From Anolis carolinensis (Eukaryota): a stretch of 64,000 bases of DNA. The position numbers and the translations under genes were made by a program. How positions within the stretch are numbered: position 1 is the first letter of the stretch; the number at the start of each line of letters is the position of its first letter. This document shows positions 36,319 through 49,200 of this stretch, piece after piece. The stretch spans positions 226,249,747 to 226,313,746 of the forward strand of contig NC_085842.1 of assembly GCF_035594765.1 (NCBI RefSeq). Reading direction: 5' to 3'. A model generated the notes under the pieces. That model worked only from the letters and a program-made list of their open reading frames with translations, did not search any database and was not told where the DNA came from.

Positions 36319-36969
36319 CTTGGAATGAGGAAAAAGGAAACAGTAGGATTAGAAATTCGTCCTTTGGCAAAACTACGCTGCAACCTGCAGTGATACTGTC
36401 ACAGAAAAAAATCAGCAAATATTTGTGAATTACCTCAGATTGAAACTAAACAATCTGACACATATAATTTACAATGCCAAATATTGTCTAGTTGAGTCCC
36501 CTCTGGGGTGGGAAAGGCGGAATAGAAATGAAGTAAACAAACAATCAAACATATAGTTTTCAGAGGTGTGCTCCCTCGAGTGACAAAATTTAATTTTCCC
36601 AAGTTACTAGAAATTAAGACATATATCTTGCACTTGTTAGATCCCAGTGCCCATTAAGACACAAGGAATTATTGTTGTTGTTGTTTATTTATACCCAACC
36701 TTTTCTCTCCACAAGGAGACTCAAAGCAGCACCACACTATTTAAATCAAGAAGTATAGCACCCAAGGCTGGCCAAGTTATTTCTGAATTTTTTTCCTTCG
36801 TGTATCGTTTTGTTTCGACGGTTGGTTTACACAAAACGAATGGTGACATTTTTGTAAGAATCGAGGGAACGACACAAAAATGAAAACCTCAGCTATTGTG
36901 CTTGCTTTTGTTTTCTTTTCATACTGACAGAGGGCTGCTGCTTTCCCACTATAGCTGATGGGTGTTCAT

Positions 36970-37415
36970 AATAATATTAATATAAATAACGATAGTTACT
37001 CTGGCACTCTAAGCTGAGTCTGAAAGAGGAGTTCCTCCCAATTCCATCCGATGTGTATTAATGGGTCTTGATGATAATATTTATATTAATATTGAGAACA
37101 GAAGTTATTCTGGCACCCTAAGCAGAGTCTGGGAGAGCAGCTCCTCCCAATTCCATCCGATGTGTATTAATTGTCTTGATTATAATATTTATATTAATAT
37201 TGAGAACAGAAGTTATTCTGGCACCCTAAGCCGAGTCTGGGAGGGCAGTTCCTCCCAAATCCATTCGATGTGGATCGATGGGTCTTGATGGTAATATTTA
37301 CATTAATGTTAAGAACAACAGTTATTCTGGCATCCTAAGCCAAGTCTGGGAGGGCAGTGCCTCCCAATTACATCCGATGTGGATCAATGGGTCTTGATAA
37401 TAAGAATAATATTAA
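36970..37415. repeat. ~108-bp tandem repeat, about 4 copies, in SUN intron 4
   Basis: GTTA(C/T)TCTGGCA recurs at 36995, 37104, 37212 and 37321. Confidence 0.85.
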
Positions 37416-37823
37416 TAAAAATAGTGCTCTGGGGAAGACCCAAATGTTTTAAAAGTTGGTGGGCTAAAGGGGGTCGAAATGCCATCCATGTGTGGCGATT
37501 TTCACCCCTCTGGCCTGAAAAAAGAGCTGGGGGGAGGGGGGGAGGGAGTCTTGGAAGCCCTCCCATTGCAGCCAATGTTAAAAAAAAATTGTTTTTTTCA
37601 TAAGCCAGACAAAAATTCGCGTCATATAGGTGGCCCATTTTTGTTAGTGGGACATAAATATGAAAATGAGATGACATGAATGAAACTACACAAAATGAAC
37701 AGCAATTCTATATGAATGCACACCTCTAATAAATAGTATACACCCATAATGTCTTTTTCATGAAGTAGTAATGCCTAGCCTAGAGTAAGCAGGATTTAAG
37801 TAGAGTCTTTAAAACCCTCTTAC

Positions 37824-37864
37824 CATAATGATTTCAGCTCACTTTCATACCGTAGCGCCAGCTC
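37824..37864 (-). CDS. SUN3-like exon 4 (ELALRYESELKSLW)
   Basis: ttttccctctgatag| acceptor, TG|gtaaga donor; 41 nt, phase 0 to 2. Confidence 0.8.
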
Positions 37865-38403
37865 CTATCAGAGGGAAAACAAGCACATAGATATCAATAT
37901 TAACAAGATATGGGAACCTTTAAGGGCAAGCGATTCTCATCTCTTGAGGTAGGAATGCCGTTCATAGTATAAACAGACTAGACTTTAGATTTGTCTCCTT
38001 CCAAAGTGGGTGAGGATGGGGGAAAGAGAGCAGGAAGCAAGGAGAGAATGTGTATATACGTATGCGCCTTCAAGTCCCCTATCCACTTAAGGCAACCCAA
38101 TGAGTTCATTGGGATTTCTTAGGCAAGGAATACGCATCAGTAGAGGTTTTGCCAATTTCTTCCTCCAAAATATAGCCTACAGTGCCTCGTATTTATTGGC
38201 AGTCTCTTATCTGTGTGCTAAGCAGTGGTTCTCTACCTGTGGGAACACAGGTGTTTGACCTACAACTCCCAGAAATCCCAGCCAGTTTACCAGCTGTTGA
38301 GATTTATGGGAGTTGAAGGCCAAAACATTTGGGACCCACAAGTTGAGAACCACTGTGCTAAAGAATCTTTCAGAGTTTTTCCCTAGCCCAGAAAGGTGCT
38401 CAC

Positions 38404-38459
38404 CTGTGATGAGAAACCATCTGTTAATTTTAGGTATTGACAGTAGCAATAAATGGTAC
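38404..38459 (-). CDS. SUN3-like exon 3 (GTIYCYCQYLKLTDGFSSQ)
   Basis: tctcctacag| acceptor, CAG|gtgagc donor; phase 1 to 0. Confidence 0.8.
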
Positions 38460-38942
38460 CTGTAGGAGATAAGAAAACAATGCTTGTTAATCATTAATAA
38501 CCATTATCACAGTGGGACAAAAGGTTTTTACTGCAAGGGATTTTTTTTTTGCAGTTTCTAGCATTACTTACCTACCTCTGATTAAACCTGCAGGATTTTG
38601 ACAAATAATTTTGTTGTTTGTGCCTTCAAGGTGACTCCAGTTTATGCCAATCCTATCATGGGTTTGTTCAGAGAGGATTTCCTATTGCCCTTATCTGAGG
38701 CTGAAGAAATATGACTCGTCCAAAGTCACCCAGCGGATTTTTGTGCTTGAATAGAGATTGGAATCCTTGACCTCCGAGAGCCCAGCACTGAAACCACTAC
38801 ACCAGAGCTTTATTATGCATCATGACACGTTAGTGTGTTGGCTGTAGTGCATAGGGGTGCTGTGTAAATTTAATGAGAAACCTCAATATGAAATAAGCAA
38901 TAAAATATTTTTAACAAAAAATAAAAGATTTTCATGAGATAG

Positions 38943-39801
38943 TGTTGTGGTTCAGCCAGATGAAGACGAGGGGATTGGGGTTTCAGGACCTGGGAGAGTG
39001 CTAGATGGTTCTGTAGATGAGGAAAAGGAGGGGGTTTTGGAGCAAGATGCTGTCTCTGAGATGGAAGTTGAAAGTGGAACTATTTTGGAATCCAAAAGGC
39101 AGCAAGAGCACCTTTCACCCACAAGGAGTGTAGCAACCCATGATAACATTAGCTCATCCATGGGAGCAGCTGGCTTAGACAGAAATACTAGGCTGCTTCT
39201 GAGGTTGAAGAAATTCAAGTGCAGGAAATCGGAAAGGATCCATGAGGAAGAAGTGCAGAAGCAGGCACCTCAAGGTCAAATAAATACTTTTTGTAGTCCT
39301 TAAATCACAGAGAGTTCTGTTGGGATTTTAGATCAGGCAACGTTGCTATCAAAAAGAACTCTAGTCTCATTCCCAGTTCATGCCTTAGTTCAAAACCCAA
39401 GATTCATATCATGTTTTGATTCTGTTTTATGGATATACCTTTGGATTCATGCTCATGTTTTGCTTCGTTTTATGGATTTATTTTGGAATTAATGTTCATG
39501 TTTTAATCCTTGTTTCCTAGATTTGCTCTCATGTTGGATTCTGGGGATTCCTGTTCCTTGTCTCTGAAACAGCTTTGAGCTGTTTGGATTATTATCTTCG
39601 GATTGTTTTCCTATTAACAGTTTGGTCTGTTCTATTGCTTGTGGGACTTGTTTCCTTTATTAACTCTTGGATTTTACCTTTCCAATTTCTTATGGTGTTT
39701 TTCCCATTTTATATATGTTTTTATCAATAAACTGTTTTACTATTACGTCTGGATTCTTGGTTGGTGCTAAGAGCAAGGTGAACACTTGCTGAGGTGCAAC
39801 A
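38943..39801 (+). mobile_element. Solo LTR (Gypsy-like) in SUN intron 2
   Basis: TGTTG...CAACA termini, AATAAA at 39726, near-perfect 5-bp TSD GATAG/GATAT. Confidence 0.75.
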
Positions 39802-40705
39802 GATATGTTATGTGCCCAGACATTTTGTTATTGCAATTTCTGTTTGTGTCTCTATGTCTTATAAGGGGTTGGTTAAACCTTTGTTTTACTAGTAAATTAT
39901 GCATGTCCAAAATGTATATCACCAACATAAAATGCTTGGAAGGCTCTGCACGAAAAGAGCGAAAAGGGGAGCCAGGAAGACAGTTCCATCTTGTCTCTTT
40001 TGCCATCAGTTGGGGGCCCTCCCCCAGTAACATGCTATGCTAATAATAATTATATTATATATATAATATTTATTATATATTTTATATAATATACAATATA
40101 ATATAATATACAGTAATATATAATATAATATACTGTATATACATATAATATTTATAATAATATTATAATGTAATAAAATACTAATAATAATTCAATACAA
40201 TAATATTAATTATATATTTATATTACATGTAATATTAATATTGTGTAGTGATATAGTACAATATAGTAATTTAATGCTAATATTGTGCTATGCTAATAAT
40301 ATAATATATTGTATGTACATATAATTTGTAAGCTGCTCTGAGTCCCCTTTGGGGTGAGAAGGGCAGGATATAAATGTAGTAAATAATAAATAAATAAACC
40401 AATACTTACTCACAAGCACTTCAAAATAGGTCAGGTTGTCAGAGTGAAACAAGATATGACTGAGCAGGGATTTGAACCTTAGGTCCCTTCTACACTGCCA
40501 TCTAATCCAGATTATCAAAACAGAACATCCACATTATCTGCTTTGAACTGGATTATATGAGTCTGCACTGCCATATAATCCAATTCAAAGCAGATAATTT
40601 GGATTTTATATATCAGCGTAGAAGGGGCCGTGGAATTAATCATATAGGTGAGTGAATGAACCAGTAGACACTTGAATGGGTCACTCTTGAATTATGAACA
40701 CTCAC

Positions 40706-40776
40706 CACAAACGACCGGAACTGCTATTATCAGGAACCTTGAAACTTTTACAAAGTTTGCCATGGTGAATTGGTCT
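40706..40776 (-). CDS. SUN3-like exon 2 (DQFTMANFVKVSRFLIIAVPVVC; start of TM helix)
   Basis: tttcctctacag| acceptor, G|gtgagt donor; phase 2 to 1. Confidence 0.8.
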
Positions 40777-41922
40777 CTGTAGAGGAAACAAAGCAGTGTT
40801 GTCATTAAACAGAAACAGATAGACGTCTTGGAAACCAACTATGGAAGGAGTCCTCACAAAAGTGTAAGACATTTTCTGACATCTCTTGAAGAATGATATT
40901 GGACCAAAGATGGAAGAAACAAGTGCTAACATTTTCAGTCATTCATTAGATTTTACATAAGCTCCTCTGCCTTCATCTCTGTCCCTCCCCACCCTTTTCT
41001 TTGTCTGGCATAAGATAATGTAGCATGTGACATCATTGGCCCATATAAGAAAAATCTTCGAGTGCTATATTACACAAAGGTATTTCCTAGTTCTGCCTAG
41101 AAATGAACCTGGGACTTTCTAAATGCAAAGCCTTGTGTAGAGCTTTACTACTGAAGATCCAAAGTCCCTCACAAATCTTGTTGACATGGCTTTGCAAGGT
41201 AGCCGTTTCTTGTTTCAATCAAACAGAATATGGGAAAGTTATTTTGTTAGACTAAAGAACATGGGAAAGCTATTTTATTGAACTAAAGTTCACCAAATCT
41301 CTTAGCCAGCATGTCCTGTAGTTATGATGTTTTAGGACTATGGGAATTGTAGTTTTTGACAAAAAAAAAAAAAGATAAAGAGGTGGATTTTTTTTTCAAG
41401 GCATGAAGAAATCTCCAAAATTGTATTTTTGACCAGTAGGGGTTCTGAGATGAATGCTATTGAAAAAGCAAGATACTTTCATGGATCTCACACATACTTA
41501 CATTGTGCAGATGCAGGTGTGTAAAAGATATTTTGGGATGCAGAAAATCACCATTAGCAATAGGCAAGGAATGTTGCATATGGTTTCTGGAAATGAAAAT
41601 GAAATCACAAAGCATTTAAAAGCCCAGACTAGATGAGATGTATTAAATAATGCCAGCAATCCCGCAAGGCCAGTTAGTATGATTATTTCTCATATTTAAG
41701 ATAGTTGATCCAGGAAAGAGCAACCTCAGACCTGAAAACATAGGACTCTGAGGCTGGATCTACACTGCCATATAATCCCGTTTTTGAATCCAGATTATCT
41801 GCTTTGAACTGGATTATACGAGTCTACACTACGATGAAATCCTGATCAAAACAGATAATTGGATTCAGAAACTGAGTTATATAGCAGTGTAGATGGGTCC
41901 CCAGATTCACAGTTACAGAGTT

Positions 41923-44605
41923 CATAGAATCATAGAATCATAGAATAGTAGAGTTGGAAGAGACCACATGGGCCATCCAGTCCAACCCCCTGCTAAGAAG
42001 CAGGAAATCGCATTCAAAGCACCCCCGACAGATGGCCATCCAGCCTCTGCTTAAAAGCCTCCAAAGAAGGAGCCTCCACCACGGCCCCGGGGAGAGAGTT
42101 CCACTGTCGAACAGCCCTCACAGTTAGGAAGTTCTTCCTGATGTTCAGGTGGAATCTCCTTTCCTGTAGTTTGAAGCCATTGTTCCGTGTCCTAGTCTGC
42201 AGGGCAGCAGAAAACAAGCTTGCTCCCTCCTCCCTTTGACTTCCCTTCACGTATTTGTACATGGCTATCATGTCTCCTCTCAGCCTTCTCTTCTGCAGGC
42301 TAAACATGCCCAGCTCTTTAAGCCGCTCCTCATAGGGCTTGTTCTCCAGACCCTTAATCATTTTAGTCGCCCTCCTCTGGACGCTTTCCAGCTTGTCAAC
42401 ATCTCCCTTCAACTGTGGTGCCCAAAATTGGACACAGTATTCCAGGTGTGGTCTGACCAAGGCAGAATAGAGGGGGAGCATAACTTCCCTGGATCTAGAC
42501 GCTATTCCCCTATTGATGCAGGCCAGAATCCCATTGGCTTTTTTACCAGCCGCATCACATTGTTGGCTCATGTTTAACTTGTTGTCCACAAGGACTCCAA
42601 GGTCTTTTTCGCACACACTGCTGTCAAGCCAGGCGTCCCCCATTCTGTATCTTTGATTTCCATTTTTTCTGCCGAAGTGAAGTATCTTGCATTTGTCCCT
42701 GTTGAACTTCATTTTGTTAGTTTCGGCCCATCTCTCTAGTCTGTCAAGATCGTTTTGAATTCTGTTCCTGTCTTCTGGAGTGTTAGCTATCCCTCCCAGT
42801 TTTGTGTCGTCTGCAAACTTGATGATCGTGCCTTCTAACCCTTCGTCTAAGTCGTTAATAAAGATGTTGAACAGAACTGGGCCCAGGACGGAGCCCTGCG
42901 GCACTCCACTTGTCACTTCTTTCCATGATGAAGACGACGCATTGGTGAGCACCCTTTGGGTTCGTTCGCTTAGCCAATTACAGATCCACCTAACCGTAGT
43001 TTTGTCTAGCCCACATTTTACTAGTTTGTTTGCCAGAAGGTCGTGGGGGACTTTGTCGAAGGCCTTACTGAAATCCAGGTACGCTACATCCACGGCATTC
43101 CCTGTATCAACCCAACTCGTAACTCTATCGAAAAAAGAGATCAGATTATTCTGGCATGACTTGTTTTTGGTAAATCCGTGTTGACTATTAGCAATGACCG
43201 CATTTGTTTCTAAGTGTTCGCAGACCACTTCCTTAATGATCTTTTCCAGAATTTTGCCTGGTATTGATGTGAGGCTGACCGGACGGTAATTGTTTGTGTC
43301 GTTCTTTTTTCCCTTCTTGAAGATAGGGACCACATTCGCCCTCCTCCAATCTGCTGGGACTTCTCCCGTTCTCCAAGAACTCTCGAAGATAATTGCCAGT
43401 GGTTCTGAAATAACTTCCGCTAGTTCCTTCAGTACTCTTGGATGTAGCTGGTCTGGCCCTGGGGACTTGAATTCGTTTAGAGTGGCCAGGTGTTCCTGGA
43501 CAACTTGTTTCCCTATTTGGGGTTGGATTTCCCCCAATCCTTCGTCCATTCCATGTTACTGAGGTTGAAGATGGCTTTCTTTTTGTGAGAAGACCGAGGC
43601 AAATAAGGCATTAAGTAGTTCTGCCTTTTCCCTGTCCCGTCGCCATCACCCCATCTTCTCCTTGCAATGGCCCTATCGCCTCCTTTTTCTTCCTTTTTCT
43701 ACCAACGTAAGCAAAAAAGCCTTTTTTGTTGTTTTTTATGTCCCTGGCAAGCCTGAGCTCATTTTGTGCTTTAGCCTTGCGAACCTTTTCCCTACAGGTG
43801 TTGGCTATACGTTTGAATTCTTCTTTGGTGATTTCTCCCCTTTTCCACTTCTTGTGCATGTCACTTTTGAGCTTTAGCTCAGTTAGAAGTTCTTTGGACA
43901 TCCATTCTGGCTTCTTTGCACTTGTCTTATTTTTCTTCTTTGTTGGCACTGTTTGCATTTGCGCCTTGAGTGTTTCACTTTTGAAAAACTCCCATCCATC
44001 CTTAACTCCCTTGTTTTTTTATATCGGCGTCCATGGAATGCCGCTTAGTAATTCCTTCATTTTTTGGAAGTCAGCTCTCTTAAAGTCCAGAAAGCGTGTT
44101 TGACTTGTCTTAGTTTCAGCATTAATTTGTATTGCAAACTGCAGGAGCACATGGTCACTTGCCCCTAAGGATCCAACCACTTCAACTGTATTGATCAGGT
44201 CTTCCACATTTGTTAAGATTAGATCAAGAGTTGCTGATCCCCTTGTTGCCTCTTCTACCTTCTGGACCATAAAATTATCTGCAAGGCAAGTGAGGAATTT
44301 GTTGGACTTTGTACTCTTGGCTGAGTTTGTTTTCCAGCAGATATCGGGATAATTGAAATCGCCCATGACTACTATATCTCTTCTTTGTGCCTGTTTGGTC
44401 AGCTGTTGACAGAAGGCTTCATCAAGTCCTTCATTCTGACTCGGAGGTCTGTAGTAGACACCCACGACAAGATCTTTTTGAGTCCCGGTTCCCTTGATTC
44501 TTATCCAGATGCTTTCAAGCTGGTTTCCCGGATTACAGTCTTGCATTTCTTCTGCAACGTAACTGTTTTTGACATATAAAGCTACCCCCCCCCTCCTCTC
44601 CCCTT
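41923..44605 (-). mobile_element. CR1 LINE, 5'-truncated, near-complete ORF2 (APE + RT), in SUN intron 1
   Basis: RT motifs ([18 protein letters not shown]) at 42014-43549; APE motifs (GVYYRPP, MGDFNYPDICW, SDH) at 44019-44546; (TTCTATGA)n 3' tail. Nonsense codons at about 43556 and 44019 and a frameshift near 43640. Confidence 0.96.
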
Positions 44606-47600
44606 TGTTCTATTTCTGTGAAAGAGGCTATAGCCCTCAATGGTTAAATTCCAGTGATGGGAGTCATCCCACCAGGTTTCACTGCACTATAGTCCATATA
44701 GTTCACTGCACTATAGTCCATACCAAAAGAATCATGCAATTCAAATGCTTTGCAAGCAAAGGTCTAAGGACTTTATTATACCTGGCTGTTGAGTCATGAC
44801 AACTGTGATGTTAAAGCAAATGGAAACATATCACTATTGGAACAATCATGTTCACACCCCACTGCAATTGCACTATACTGCAGCTTTGGTGATGTGAATT
44901 CTCATGACCAATCTTCCTACCTACGATCCCCTAATAGGCACATCTGCACTGCGATTTTTCTATTTTGCTGCAACTATACAGTTTTGATAATCCTGAAAAA
45001 TCTTCATCTGCTTTGCAATATTGGGATTGCAGCAGAAGAAAGCTATTGAAATAGTGACAGAAGAATAGCAGTAGATTTTTCTCTTCAATGAAAAGAGATG
45101 ATCCAATCATGATTCAAGAGTAAGGAAACTGAAACAGATATGAAGTTGTGTGATAAACCCAAGCAAAGGTGTAATTGCACTTTATTATCAACCTTGTGTG
45201 ATAAAGACCTAAGATACCTCCTGCCATAGCTCGAAAAATGTATACCAAGTCTGAGTCATGATCCTACATGCCCAAGATTCCCAGTCACCAAGTAAAATTA
45301 GTTAATTATATTAATCAGACTATTTAAAAAAACAACCCAGTCAAAATATTGCCACCCAAAGAACTTGAAAAAAATTACCCATCTGGACCATAATTCCCCA
45401 AATCCTTCAGTGGTCATGCTAAATCTGTAGTCCAAAAAGATAGATTTTCTGGGGTCTGAGTGCTGTATTGTGAATCCAGAATGGTATAGGATGCAACAAA
45501 CACAGTTAAAGTGAAATCATAGTGTTGTTATTAAGAAGTGCAAAAAAGTTCATAGTAGCAAATACACCAGCCAATGTAGCATAGTACATTAGCAAAATTT
45601 CTGTACAAATTCAGATCTTCATTTCGCAAAGACAGGAAGCTAGATGTTTTTATGAAACCTTCAATAAAGGGAGACATAGACACTAAAAATGCATCCACTC
45701 ATCTTAAAGGGCATCAATTGGTTATCACAAAACTATAGAATTTGAACAGAAAGTATCCAAATCTTGGAGGAGTAAGTATTGACATTCATCACTATCAGAA
45801 CTTTTAAAGTGGGTATCCAACACACTGAATCTATTTTGGGATAGGTTGCAGCCCTTGGAGATCTTCTTTAAAGTTCACATTTTAATCCAAAACAAACTGT
45901 GATGCAGGGCACATCTACACTGTAGAATGAATGTAGTCTGACACGACTTGAACTGCCACGGATCAATGCTATGATAGATTTATTTATTTATTGGTTAGTC
46001 CTCTGACCATATCAATGGTTCAATGCTATGAGATCCTGGGGTTTGGAATTTGGTGAGGCACCAGGACTATTTGCCAGAGAAGGCTAAAGATCTTATAAAA
46101 CTATAGCTCTCATGATTCCATAGCACTGAGATAAAGTGCTGTCAAATTGCATTCATTCTAGTGTGTAGATGAACCTGTAGATGCCAATTGCTGTAATTGT
46201 AATGACTTTAGTGATCAGCTAGTGCATCTCCTCGCTCAGTGTAGACTGAAGTTGCAGCATCATTGAACAATGCCAATCCATCATCTGTCAAATATCAGCA
46301 ATGATTAAAAGTTGTCCATTTTCTAAAAAACCTCACACACCCAGAAAGTTTCTGTGTTAATGCTGCAATGCGAATAGCCCCCAAAGCTACCAAGCAGAAG
46401 ATGCTTTACAGCTAGTATGTCCTTTGCTCCATTTTTTAAAGGCAGAAGAAGCAATGGGAAAACACAAATGTCACGTGGACACTTCGCATAAATGCCATGC
46501 ATTAGGTAAGGGGATCCACAATCAAAGGCATATCTGGAAGGACCACTATTGTTAAAAGGTGTGAGATGCATACTTAACACATTCTTCTGAGATGCTGTGG
46601 ATGACCTTGACAACAAGGTGCTAGAGCTGGTCTCTCTTGCAATGACCTCTCTGATGAATGCTGTTTGGCATCTGTCTGGTGAATGTCCTGTAAAGAAATG
46701 TCATCTCATTATCAGCCAGGCATCACCAGCATCCAAGACTGAATAATTCTGTCTGAAAGTTAAACATACCTTATCAGAGGAATGGGTTGATTCTACTTCT
46801 GTTTCCATCTGACTTCTTGTTCTTTTCTCTCTTTATTGTTATAAATTGAATGTTTGTGATCCAAAGTATCTGGATTTGGCCATCAACTTAGGAGATAGGG
46901 CTCATCTACATCAGGCAAGTCAGCCTGATATAACTCTGCCTTAGAACAACCCTGGATCCAACACAAATGTGCTTAATCTGGGGCCACTGTTTAAATAGTC
47001 ACCTACTGGGCTGTCACCTTCCATGTGTCTCCATCGCCACCACTCTTAGCTGGTCATGGAGTTGCGTCTGAGTAAGAGGCCACTGAGGTTGCCTCTGCTG
47101 TTGTCCAAAAGGAGCACTTGTGTAACCAGAAAGGATGGTGTGGATCTCCCCTCCTTTTCACTCAGATATCAGCAGAGGCAATTGCAGTGGCTAGGTGCTT
47201 GGATGGAGGTACATGACTGACAAAGAGCAGTAGCGGGGCAACATTATACAAGCCATTCCCTTTCCTTGTTGTAATCCCAGTGAAGGGTGAGAGTGATGGC
47301 AATGGTTTGCATTTGGATTGCAGATCATTCTGAATCAGAGCCTCACGTAAACTCTGAAGGATCCTCCAAATTGCCTAAAGCATGAGAAAATCAGAGTATA
47401 ACCAAAGCCTGGAAGATGGAATGCATTGTGAAGACTGCCAACAGTCCATTCACAGTGAGTACTGCGGGCTGGGGATTGGTCTATGTAGATAAACCAATTT
47501 GAAGAGAAACGGCACAATAATACAACTCATATGTTTCGTGGGAGATGATGTAAAGGACTGACTGCAAAAGCCAGTGTGGTTTGATCGCTGAACTGTGACT

Positions 47601-49075
47601 CTGAGAGGCCAGCGTTTGCTAAACTATTTAGTTATGGAAGCCCACTGGGTAAAACCCACTTACTTGAGTAAGTCACTCTCACAGCCTCATCAGACAGTGT
47701 GATTTTTAACATCTTAGGATGCTTTCATCCTGTCTGGGGGACGGAGGCCTATGTCGGACATCACATGATGTTGTGTGACTTCCGGCATAGGCTGTGACCC
47801 CAACTGGGGTGAAACCGTTGCCAGACACTTCCCTAGCAACATGGGAGGTTTCTCAGGTTGTGTTGCCTCTAATGGAGCCAGCATGGGCTTCCCCGCAATG
47901 GCGATGCTTTCCCCATGTGATGGGGAAAGCGTCACCAAGAGGGAGCTGTGAATGGGGTGACAGAGTTGCCCCGTTTCTCCCTCTTTCCTCCCTGGAAGCC
48001 TGGTGAAGCGGGATGCTTCACCAGGGCTTTAGGATGAGGTCCTCAATCATCCTCAGAGGAAGGCAGTGGAAAAAAAAACCTCTCTGATGAAATCTTACTA
48101 AGAAACATCTTGATAGGTTTACCTTAAGTTAGACTTGATTTGAAGGCACACAACAACAATAACAAGAAATGACTATAAGATTAAATATGCAATGACGTGA
48201 AAAGAAGTCAACACATTTGTTAAATCTGTACATGTTGATCTCAGTTATGATTGGTTCCACACATTGTCTTAGTTCAGTATGTCCAAAAAACCCCTAAGCC
48301 CTATCTTACAGAGACTATGTCCATTTATCCAAATTCTGTGTCAAGAAGATGGCAAACCAACTGCTTAATATTTTTTTTTCAACTTACCCCCATCTTGCCC
48401 CTCTTCATCATCTACAGTCATTTGACTAGATGAAGTCATTGAATTTTTGGTGTAATTGCCAGCAGAGTTGCGCAAGTACCAGCTGGAAGACAAACACAAT
48501 GGCATATTTGAAAATTTAAAATATGTCCTTTTTTTAAAAAAAAAAAAATGGAAAGGTTTTTCTAAAACTTCACAGAAGTTCAGGAAAGATAGCCTGTCTC
48601 CAATCCTCCATGGTTGTTGTAAAGAACAATTATGCTCTTTTAGTTGCTACTCCCTCCATATTTCAGTGGTGTAATTCCAATTTGAGTGGATTTCTAGTAG
48701 ACTCATTGGAGTACACCTATTGAATCCATAAAATCTGTATGATTATATAGGACAGTTTATTACTCTTAAAATCAATTAATGATTTAAGATAGCTGTTTAG
48801 TGAGTGGCAGCCTACTATGACACATGCGTAACCACTTGAAAAAAATTTTTTTATATATATATCTCTATTGTGTAAAGGACTTTACCACAGAGATTTGCCA
48901 GACAGAAATCTGAGAAAGGTGAACATAGATACAATTCTTTCCACCTCTTAAAACAATCTTTTCTATACTATGTCATCATCATTGTGAAGGTAAGCATTGG
49001 CTCATTGTTCTTCTTATGTTCTTTTTGTCTGTTTCCCAGAAGAGACACACAAAAACTAACACTCAGCCTCTCTAC

Positions 49076-49200
49076 CTTTTTGCCGGGGTACTGCTTGATC
49101 CTGATGATCCACTAGGATGATCATCACAAACATCTGGATTATCTTGAAAGGCCTGTTTTCGCTGGTCTGGACTTCTTCGCACAGAACGTTTTCCATTCAT
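49076..49200 (-). CDS. SUN3-like gene exon 1 (MNGKRSVRRSPDQRKQAF...SSTPAK)
   Basis: ATG, basic/Ser-rich nucleoplasmic-type N-terminus, AG|GTAGAG donor in phase 2, matching the next exon. Confidence 0.65.

Noticed and set aside
38947-39303. Acidic 118-aa ORF
   Set aside because: Lies inside the solo LTR; no ATG and no recognisable domain.
46574-46830. Two exon-like minus-strand segments in SUN intron 1 (METEVESTHSSDK|gtatgt and a ttacag acceptor at 46688)
   Set aside because: Joined in frame they reach TAA before the good donor, and the 10-exon model is already phase-complete. An alternative or non-coding isoform cannot be excluded.
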